Positions 1 through 7,889 of a stretch of 32,478 bases of DNA are shown here, piece after piece (positions within the stretch are counted from its first letter, which is position 1; each line of letters begins with the position of its first letter). The notes under the pieces were generated by a model, which did not search any database, had not been told where the DNA came from, and worked only from the letters and a program-made list of their open reading frames with translations. The translations under genes and the position numbers were made by a program. The stretch covers positions 1 to 32,478 of the forward strand of contig JACRKZ010000103.1 of NCBI GenBank assembly GCA_016235455.1. The letters run 5' to 3'. This DNA is from Armatimonadota bacterium (GTDB lineage Bacteria > Armatimonadota > UBA10988).

Positions 1-2462
1 TCGCGCAAGGTCGTGGCCGTGGCGGTGTCGCCATCGAAGGCGCGCCGTTGGTCGAGCACCGTGGCCGCCGCGGTCAGGTCGTCGTCGTCGCGCACCTGGG
101 TATCGGAGGTCTGGCTCTGCGTGCCAGCGTTGTTGTGCGAGCGGTGGATGTCGTACCAGTAGATCAGGCTGGCGTCCGGGTTGTTGGTCGCCGAGAGGGC
201 GCTGAAGTTGTAGCCCAGATAGTCGTCGGGCGTGCCCTTGCGGACATCGCGCGGCCCTTCCATCAGCCGGTCGGCCGCGGTCCACACCTGGTTGCCGCCG
301 CCCGCGCCGCCGTCGAGCATGGTCTGCACGTAGAAGCGCAGCATGGGTGACTTGGCGCCGGGGCTAACCGGCAGGAAGTAGTCCTCCACCGGGTTCAGCA
401 CGCCGCCATCGGGCAGGTAGCCGAGCAGGAAGTTCGGCCGCTCGTGGTCGCCGCTGACATCACGCGGGGTGCCGACGGTGCTCATCACCGGCAGCAGCGT
501 CTTGAGCTGGGGGTACAGGCCGCCATTGGCGGGGTCATACTGCGCCAGCTTGCTCAGCGTGGCGCTGGCGGACGACGCCGTGTCGGCATCTTGGGGCAGC
601 ACCTGCACCGAGGAGACCATGTAGCGGCAGACCAGTGGGCCGCCTTGGTACGAGCCGGTGGTGCCGAGCAGGTTCCCGTTGTAGGGCCACGAACAGAACC
701 GGCGCACCTTCCAGACGTTGGTGTCCGCCGCGGCCTCCCAGTTGTTGCCGTTACGGCGAACGTTCAGCGGGTCTCGTGCGTATGTTGCGCCGACGGTCTG
801 TCCGCTGACCACGTGCATCTTGGTGGGTGCATGGGCCGCCAGGTCGGAGGCCAAGATGACCTGGTCGTCCGCGCTGCCCTTGTTACCATCCGGGCCGGGC
901 AGATTCCAGGAAGCGACGGCCAGGGCGTCGTCGTTGCCGCCGAGCCGGTCGTCCCAGCCGAACGGCCAGGGGCCGCCATTGTTGGCGACAATCGGCGCGT
1001 CCGTGACGGTGCCCGACCACTGCGTGTGGGCCAGGTCATTGATGCTTTCCACGGGCACGCCGGTCTCATACTCGAACTGCAGTTCGACCATGCCCACGCC
1101 GGCATAGGCCGGCCGGCGTACGGCCGTGCCCAGCCAAGCGGCGGTACCGCTCAGGCGGTACAGCCCGTTGAGCAGGTTGACCTCGATCACCGGCGCGTTG
1201 ACCGGCGCGGGATAGTAGGAAAAGCCGTTGGTGGTGCTGAGGGTGCCGGCGGTGGGCAGTACCATCGTGGCGTCCACCGAGGCCTGGGTCGCTTCGGCCG
1301 TGCTGTGGATGCCGCGCAGGTACCAGTTCGCCGCGCCCGGATCCGCCGCGGCGGCGAACCTGAACAGCACTTCGATGGGTCGGGCGGCCGGGGCATCGAC
1401 CTCGGGCAGTTCCGTCGGCCGGCGCTTGATCCAATCGACCGCGTTGGTCAGATCGGCGGCGGGGTCGACGATGGTGCCGTCGGCGTCCAGTCGCCGGTTC
1501 TCCCACATGGCATTGGGGTCGAAGAACATGGTGCCCAGGCAGATGTCGCGGTCGCCGGTGCCCGTGGTCAGCAGCCGGTTGACGCCGCCGTTGTTCTCCG
1601 CGATGCGCGCGAAGTTCGGGTCCTTGACATAGAAGGGCAGCGGAATGACACCGTTGACCACACTCGCGGCGACGTGGCAGGCCTGGTTGCCGTTGACCCA
1701 GGCGTTGCGCACCCAGTCGCTCCAGCCGGTGTAGCGGAATTCCAGGCTGTTACTGGGGCTGGCGCCAGCCGCGCGGCGCCCCCAAAACTCGCGGATGGCA
1801 TTGACATGAGGCGCGGTGGTAAAGGCCGCGTCGGCCTGCGCCTTGGTCATGCTGGGCGTCACCGCGCCGATGGCCTCGGGGTAGTAGACGCCGGGCGCCG
1901 GCGGCGCGCCCTTGCCCGCCGGCGGGTGGACCAGGATACGCCAGTTGCCGGTGGCCGCCGCGTCGAAGCTCATGGGCTTGGCGCCATCGAGCTTGGAGGC
2001 CAGACCGAGGTTGCGCAGGTTCTCCACGACCTTGTCGCAGGTAGCCTGGAGCGGCAGCTTGCGCAACTCGACGTACAAAATCAGCTCGTCGTCGTTGGTG
2101 CCATAGATCCCGTCGGGCCCAGCCCGGCGCACGAGCGGCATGGCCGGCATGCGCTCGGAGGAGGTCAGCTGCGGCGCGGTGACCGGATAGGGCTGCGTGG
2201 CGCTGTTGAGGCCGAAGGTGCCGGTGGCGTCGGGCACGCCCTGCATGGTGCCGGCAATATAGCAGCGGTAGGTCAGCTCGCGCACCTGGTCGGCGCTCAG
2301 GCTGAACGTCGCCGCGCCGTGGGTGCGCGAGATGCCCGCCGCCTCCAGCGGATTGGCACGGTAGGTGTTGATGATGGCCGGCACTTCGGTCTGCGCCCAC
2401 AGCGGCCCGCAGGTCGCGGCGGCGGCGAAGATCAGTGCGGCTCGGTAGGTCCAGCGTGTCAT
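1..2462 (-). CDS. Large secreted protein of unknown function (partial, >820 aa, continues beyond the left edge)
   Basis: Translated by hand; absent from the ORF track because no stop lies in the window. ATG at 2462 follows a strong SD (GGAGGTG, about 2478-2472). An in-frame ATG at 2492 overlaps the upstream stop. N-terminus MTRWTYRAALIFAAAATCGPLWA|QTEVP is a Sec signal peptide. The frame is open to base 1 with strong GC3 bias. It contains two GPDGxxG[TS]xDD motifs. Confidence 0.88.
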   Translation of the reverse strand, partial: MTRWTYRAALIFAAAATCGPLWAQTEVPAIINTYRANPLEAAGISRTHGAATFSLSADQVRELTYRCYIAGTMQGVPDATGTFGLNSATQPYPVTAPQLTSSERMPAMPLVRRAGPDGIYGTNDDELILYVELRKLPLQATCDKVVENLRNLGLASKLDGAKPMSFDAAATGNWRILVHPPAGKGAPPAPGVYYPEAIGAVTPSMTKAQADAAFTTAPHVNAIREFWGRRAAGASPSNSLEFRYTGWSDWVRNAWVNGNQACHVAASVVNGVIPLPFYVKDPNFARIAENNGGVNRLLTTGTGDRDICLGTMFFDPNAMWENRRLDADGTIVDPAADLTNAVDWIKRRPTELPEVDAPAARPIEVLFRFAAAADPGAANWYLRGIHSTAEATQASVDATMVLPTAGTLSTTNGFSYYPAPVNAPVIEVNLLNGLYRLSGTAAWLGTAVRRPAYAGVGMVELQFEYETGVPVESINDLAHTQWSGTVTDAPIVANNGGPWPFGWDDRLGGNDDALAVASWNLPGPDGNKGSADDQVILASDLAAHAPTKMHVVSGQTVGATYARDPLNVRRNGNNWEAAADTNVWKVRRFCSWPYNGNLLGTTGSYQGGPLVCRYMVSSVQVLPQDADTASSASATLSKLAQYDPANGGLYPQLKTLLPVMSTVGTPRDVSGDHERPNFLLGYLPDGGVLNPVEDYFLPVSPGAKSPMLRFYVQTMLDGGAGGGNQVWTAADRLMEGPRDVRKGTPDDYLGYNFSALSATNNPDASLIYWYDIHRSHNNAGTQSQTSDTQVRDDDDLTAAATVLDQRRAFDGDTATATTLR

Positions 2463-2488
2463 GGTGCCGTTCACCTCCATGCGCCGTG

Positions 2489-5400
2489 TCATTGCGCTGC
2501 GTAGACCGGCGAGCTGACAGGGTAGCTTCCGGTGCTCGGCCGGCGCTGGGTAGCGCCCGCGCTGGCCGGATAGGTCCTGGTTGTGCTCAGGTCGGGCAGC
2601 ATGGTCTCAACCCGCTTGTTGGCCAGATTGGCGGGGTCAAAGCGGACCAGCAGCACCTCGGAGTTCGAGGCTGTCTGGTTCACGCTGTTGGCCGCGCCAT
2701 TGACCAGCGCCAGCAAGTTGTCCGAGGCCAGGCGGCTGATTGACGTCGGGTTGAAGCCCTTGTCCCCGGAGTTCCACCAGTTGTCGCGCTGGGTCTGGCC
2801 GACGCCGGCGCGCTCGTAGTAGCTGTCGTTGGCGGCATTGTCGTAGACCAGGTCGTGGTAGTCGCTCTTGGTGAACGTCCACGGCCCGGTCAGGCCCGTA
2901 GGCCATTTCAGATAGGTGCCCACCAGACCGTTGGCCGCGCTGGCGATGAGCGTGGTGCTCAGTTCGTAGACGCAGACCCGCGACCCGCCGGCCGGATCGG
3001 CGCAGACCACCGCCAGGAACATGCGGTTGCCGACCTTGAAGCGGCTGAAGCTGCGCAGCCCGCGGAAGCTCATGTCCTTGGCCCAGCGGTCGGTCATCGA
3101 GGCCAGGCTGAGCTTGACGCCGTCGGCCTGACCGTCGTTGTTGGCGTCGATCTTGCCGTCATGCGCGGCGAACAGGTCGACGTTGAACAGCTGGTCGTAG
3201 CCGTCAACGCGCGCCACCACATAGGAGTCCAGCGCATCGCCCGTGTTGGCCGCTTCGCCGGCGTTGGTCGGCTCGGCCGGCGAGGTACCCGGGTTCCACA
3301 CCTGCACCTCGGCGAACGGCAACTCGACCCACTGCTTGGTGACCGGGTTGTAGACCTGCGGCGCGGTGAGCGGGATGCCATGGCCGCCCGCGCTGTCCAC
3401 CGTCTGTCCGGCCAGCGCATCGTAGTAGGTCTGCGTGCCACTGCCCTGGGCCCGGTCGTGGCTGCTGACCAGCAGCAGTCGGCGGTTGCCGCGGTCGGCC
3501 ACCACGGTCAAGTCCCGCGTCGCCGCGGGATCCGGCGTAGCCGCCGGCCAGGGCAGGACCGCCTGGAAGCGACCGGCGTCCGAGGGCCGGTTGAGCCCGA
3601 AGTCGCGCAAGCCCCAGTAGACCAGTTGGGCGCCATTGAGCCGTGTGTCGAAGGGCCAGACAGCCGCCCCGGTGCTCGTCGCCTGGACCACGCGGTCGTT
3701 GCCGGTGTCCACCACCAGCACCTGGTCGCCGGTCAGGTTGTAGGCACGGCTGGGCCGGTTGAGCGCCGAGGTCAGCAGTTCGCTCGGCGGAGGATTGTAG
3801 ACCACTGCCTGCGACGGCCGCGCGGCACCGTTCTGCACCCTCACGCCGGTCAACTGCCAGCGCACGCCGCCCGAGAAGTCGAGCCGCGACAGCCGCATGC
3901 TCTCGGTCACCAGCAACTGCGAGCCGCCGATGCCGTACAGCGCGTTGAGCACGTTGGCGCCCTGCACCATGTTGAAACTGACGTAGACACCGTCATCGGT
4001 GGGCAACGGCGTGCCGCGCACGTAGCTGGCATCGACCGTGCTCTGCGCCACGTTCGACCAGCCGGTCACCGAGTCCGGGCGCAGACTAGTCATCTCCACC
4101 ACGCGGTCTTCCTGACCGAAGCGGAAGGACAGCAGGCCACCCGTGCCCACGCCGTTGACGGCCAGTGCCGTCGCGGCGCCGGTGCCAGCGACGGTGCCGG
4201 AGACGTACAGGCGGTCGCCGGCCACCACCGGCGAGAACGACAGCGCCGGCAAGCGGCCGCCGATGGTGTACTTGTGGGTGTATGTGCTGCCATTGCAGGT
4301 GAACCGCACCCAGGCCGTCTTGCCCCAGTCGCCCGCGGCGAAGGTCATCACCTGCGGCTGGCTGGCATTGATCGTCGGGGTCAGCGGGCCGCCGCCGTTG
4401 GCGTCGGTCACCGTGATCGCGCTGGGCACGCCAGGGCTGTCGATGACCACCTCACCGGGCAGGTATGTCCAGCGCACGGGCACGGGGATGTAGACCCCGT
4501 AGACGAAGCCGGCCGGCTCGTTGAACAGACCGTCGCCGTTGTCCTCGACCAGCCACAGCGGTCGGCCGTAGAGCGGACGGCGCGAGGTCGGCATATCGGC
4601 CTGCGCCGGCTGCGCGAAGCGCGTGAGATGCGCCAGATCGGGCCGCAGCGACAGCGTCGCGCTGGCGAAGTCGAGCGTGTACTGGCTGGGGTCGATGACA
4701 TGGGCGCGCAGGTTCGTGGCCGACGGCCCGCTGGCCGGATAGGCGGCCAGGTTGTTCGAGCCCGCGGCGAAGGTGGTCGGATCGGCGTCCACCAGGTAGT
4801 GCCGACGATCGCGGTTCGGCGCGGTCCCGCGCAGCGCCATGCTGAAGCCCGGGTTGGCGTCCAGGGCGATGATGCCGCCGCTCTGCGGCGCGAAGCTGCC
4901 GTTCACCACACGGCCGGCGACCACGATGCTGTTGCCGTACTTGACCGGCGAGCCGTAAGCGCCAAAGTGGCCGCCGCCGAGCACGCTGTCGGCATCGAAC
5001 TGCCAGCGCACGGTCTCGTAGTTGTTGGGGTTCGGGTCGCCCAACTGCAGGCTGTCGCCACCCGCCTGATAGAAGACCACCGGGCCCGAGCTCAGCGCGT
5101 TGCCGACAGGAGTACCGGACAGCGTGTTGGCGCTCCACAGCGCCGAACTCACGCCGACCAGGGTCTCGTTGTCCAGCAGCATGGGCGCCGCGTTGCCGTT
5201 GGCCAGCAACTCCATCGACCCGTTGACCGCGGGCTCGTAACCGCTGTCGCGGTTGGCGCGCAGCAGCCGCTGACGCGGGAACACCTTGCGCCGGTCGGTG
5301 ATGGCCTGGCCGGCCACCGTGTAGCTCAGCACGGCGTCGGCGTAGACCTGCGCGTCGCGGTAGAAGCCGACGGCCGTGCCGCGCATCAGCACGTCGACGG

Positions 5401-7873
5401 CCACCACATTGCCGGAGATGTCCTTGACCTGTCGCCATTCACAGCCGTCGGTGGGATTGGCCGTGGTGATGCGGTTCAGCACGTTCCCGCCGATCGTCAC
5501 CGTGGGCGTCGCCGCCGGGGCCAGATCGACATCGGCGTTGATCCGCCAGCCCATGGACTGTGCGTCGGCGGTCACGGCCCAGCAGTCGCCGTTGGCGCGA
5601 CCGATGAACACGGTGGGCGCGGTCAGCCCGGTGCGCTGGTCGGTGACCAGGCCGACCACCGAGGTCAGCCGCGTGGTGTCACCCAGCGCCAGTTGCATGC
5701 CGGGGCCGCCATGCGTGGCCAGCGTATCCGCCGGCCCACCAAAGCTCGGGTGCAATTGCAGTTCGACCTGCTTGAGCGCCTCGGCCATCAGGTAGGCGCG
5801 TTTGGAGGGCGTGCTGGTCCACAGACCGTAGGCGGTGTCCACGTTCTCGCCGCCGTAGGTGAAGTCGGGGAACGACCACTTCAGCGCGCCCGCGATGGCC
5901 GATGTGGCCGGATCAGGCACCGCGCGGACCGCGTAGACGCGGGTCCAGCCGCCCGTCTCACTGGCGCTCGGCGGGCAGTAGGAGGTGGTCACATAGACCG
6001 TGTCGCCGTAGACCACCGGCGCGCCGACCAGCGCCGGGTCGAGCCCGACGGCCGGCAGGTTGACGAAGCCACCACCACCGAACGCGGTGGCCGTGGCCGT
6101 GGCGCGGGTGCGGTCGGCACCGGCGGCGAAGGCCGTCAGGCGGACCGCGCCGCCGATCACCTGGGTGGCCAGCAGCAGGTCGACCGCCGACTTGTCGGGG
6201 TCGCGTGCCACGCTGGCCACGGTGGCACCACAGATGGGCGCGCTGAGCGGCTGCACCCAGATGGTGTCGAACGGCGCGCCGGTGGCATAGTCCGGAATAC
6301 CGTCGTCGGCCGCGCCGTCACCGTCGCGGTCCGCGCTCGGGGCGCTGTCGATGGCCACCAGGAAGTAGTTGCCGCCGCTCTGGCACTGCAGGTAGACCAG
6401 GCCGTTGGCGGCGCACAGCGGCTCCTTGAGCCCGGCGTTCATGTCGGTGTCCAGCGCGCCGTAGCCGCTGGTCTGGATGGACCCGTCGCCCAGATTGGTG
6501 CCAGCCGCGGTGAGCCCGGAGGAGGGAGCGTTCCACACGAACTTGGGGGTCAGGTTGCTGACCGTGGTGCTGGACAGAATGCCCTTGTTGGTCGGGCCGC
6601 CGCGGCGGTTGCCGCCAAAGCTGCTGTGCCAGCCGAGCACGTTGAGCATGAATTTGACGTCCGGCAGGTAGGCGCCCGTGTTGGAGCCGGTGTAGCCAAC
6701 CTTGTGCACGTCCTCCATGATGTCGATGCCGGACAGGATGAGCTTGCCCGAGCCCATGCGCACCACGGCCACGGCCGCGTCCTTCTGGCCGCTGAAGTCG
6801 GTCCAGTTCTCGGCGTAGTTGACGCGCAGGACCTGCTCGGCCAGGTAGGCGCCCGAGCCGCGATTGAGGATCAACTGCTCCGCCGACAACACGTCGCCCA
6901 GACTGCCCACTTCGCTGGCGCCGATCGTCTGCACGGCCGTCAGCAACGGATGGTTGAGGTTGGGCGCCGTCCAGGCCGGCGGCGTCACAGGCGCCACGCC
7001 GTTCGGCGGTGCGTTGTTCAGGGGATAGCCGTCCGGACGGGTGTTGTTGGTGGCGTTCGAGTAGGGAAAGCCATCGCAGAACTGCACCGGCAGCAGGAAC
7101 TCCTGGTCGGTGGGCAGCGTGGTCTTGTCAGCCGCGCCGACCTCGATGCGCAGGCCGTGCGAGTTCTCCATGTACAGCGTGCCGCCAAGGTCCAGGAACT
7201 GGCGCAGCAGGTCGAGCTCCTGGCTGGTGAAGGTCAGGTTGCGCTGCGTATTGAGCAGCACCACGTCGAAGTTGGCCAACTGCGTGACCGTACGCGGCGT
7301 GAGCGGCACCTCCCAGTAGGCGGGATGCGTGCGCGGCAACGGCTGGCCCACCGGAGGCAGCGCCTGTTTGGTGCCGCCAGGACCATACTCACCGAGAATC
7401 TGCGGGTCTGCGTGCGCCTTGTAGTAGTTCGGGCCGCCGCTGTTCGGTGGCCAGCCCTTGTAGTACTCGGAATTCGTGAAGCCGCTCCAGCCATAGGCGG
7501 TGATGCCGTCGTTGGTCACCTGCGCGGTCAAGCCATCGAAGCTGACCGCGCCGTTGTACGCCGGGTCCCACAGGTTGGCCAGATCCTGGGTGACATACGG
7601 CATGGCCAAGGGGTTGCTGAGCTGCCAGTTGCTGGGACGCAGGCCGTCGACCGCGGAAATGCCCGACAGCCCCGAGAGCGCGGGCAGCACGAAGGGCTCG
7701 GAGTTCTCCCACTGGTTGGCTTTGAGCATCAGCACGCAGACCTTGATCTCGCGTGTTGAGCCGCCGCCGTCGTTGGTGAACGCCGGATCCAGGGCCTGTG
7801 CGCGCCCGACCAGCAGGCCCAGGAGCAGCCCCGCCCGCAGGAACGTCTTGTGCCACAGCCTCAGCTTGCCCAT
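2489..7873 (-). CDS. Giant secreted protein (1794 aa) with a DUF4159-like N-terminal domain and PQQ/NHL-like beta-propeller repeats; candidate PilY1-like tip adhesin
   Basis: ATG 7873 follows SD GAGGTG. Signal peptide MGKLRLWHKTFLRAGLLLGLLVGRAQA|L. DUF4159-like segment FDVVLLNTQRNLTFTSQELDLLRQFLDLGGTLYME. Propeller-blade motifs GAPVVYGDTVYV, GSPVKYGNSIVV and FSPVVAGDRLYV. NHL-like LNRPSRA...VLVVDTGNDRVV. Ca-loop motifs DRDGDGAAD and DANNDGQAD. Lies directly after the PilX-like gene. Confidence 0.85.
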   Translation of the reverse strand: MGKLRLWHKTFLRAGLLLGLLVGRAQALDPAFTNDGGGSTREIKVCVLMLKANQWENSEPFVLPALSGLSGISAVDGLRPSNWQLSNPLAMPYVTQDLANLWDPAYNGAVSFDGLTAQVTNDGITAYGWSGFTNSEYYKGWPPNSGGPNYYKAHADPQILGEYGPGGTKQALPPVGQPLPRTHPAYWEVPLTPRTVTQLANFDVVLLNTQRNLTFTSQELDLLRQFLDLGGTLYMENSHGLRIEVGAADKTTLPTDQEFLLPVQFCDGFPYSNATNNTRPDGYPLNNAPPNGVAPVTPPAWTAPNLNHPLLTAVQTIGASEVGSLGDVLSAEQLILNRGSGAYLAEQVLRVNYAENWTDFSGQKDAAVAVVRMGSGKLILSGIDIMEDVHKVGYTGSNTGAYLPDVKFMLNVLGWHSSFGGNRRGGPTNKGILSSTTVSNLTPKFVWNAPSSGLTAAGTNLGDGSIQTSGYGALDTDMNAGLKEPLCAANGLVYLQCQSGGNYFLVAIDSAPSADRDGDGAADDGIPDYATGAPFDTIWVQPLSAPICGATVASVARDPDKSAVDLLLATQVIGGAVRLTAFAAGADRTRATATATAFGGGGFVNLPAVGLDPALVGAPVVYGDTVYVTTSYCPPSASETGGWTRVYAVRAVPDPATSAIAGALKWSFPDFTYGGENVDTAYGLWTSTPSKRAYLMAEALKQVELQLHPSFGGPADTLATHGGPGMQLALGDTTRLTSVVGLVTDQRTGLTAPTVFIGRANGDCWAVTADAQSMGWRINADVDLAPAATPTVTIGGNVLNRITTANPTDGCEWRQVKDISGNVVAVDVLMRGTAVGFYRDAQVYADAVLSYTVAGQAITDRRKVFPRQRLLRANRDSGYEPAVNGSMELLANGNAAPMLLDNETLVGVSSALWSANTLSGTPVGNALSSGPVVFYQAGGDSLQLGDPNPNNYETVRWQFDADSVLGGGHFGAYGSPVKYGNSIVVAGRVVNGSFAPQSGGIIALDANPGFSMALRGTAPNRDRRHYLVDADPTTFAAGSNNLAAYPASGPSATNLRAHVIDPSQYTLDFASATLSLRPDLAHLTRFAQPAQADMPTSRRPLYGRPLWLVEDNGDGLFNEPAGFVYGVYIPVPVRWTYLPGEVVIDSPGVPSAITVTDANGGGPLTPTINASQPQVMTFAAGDWGKTAWVRFTCNGSTYTHKYTIGGRLPALSFSPVVAGDRLYVSGTVAGTGAATALAVNGVGTGGLLSFRFGQEDRVVEMTSLRPDSVTGWSNVAQSTVDASYVRGTPLPTDDGVYVSFNMVQGANVLNALYGIGGSQLLVTESMRLSRLDFSGGVRWQLTGVRVQNGAARPSQAVVYNPPPSELLTSALNRPSRAYNLTGDQVLVVDTGNDRVVQATSTGAAVWPFDTRLNGAQLVYWGLRDFGLNRPSDAGRFQAVLPWPAATPDPAATRDLTVVADRGNRRLLLVSSHDRAQGSGTQTYYDALAGQTVDSAGGHGIPLTAPQVYNPVTKQWVELPFAEVQVWNPGTSPAEPTNAGEAANTGDALDSYVVARVDGYDQLFNVDLFAAHDGKIDANNDGQADGVKLSLASMTDRWAKDMSFRGLRSFSRFKVGNRMFLAVVCADPAGGSRVCVYELSTTLIASAANGLVGTYLKWPTGLTGPWTFTKSDYHDLVYDNAANDSYYERAGVGQTQRDNWWNSGDKGFNPTSISRLASDNLLALVNGAANSVNQTASNSEVLLVRFDPANLANKRVETMLPDLSTTRTYPASAGATQRRPSTGSYPVSSPVYAAQ

Positions 7874-7889
7874 CACCGTCACCTCAGCG

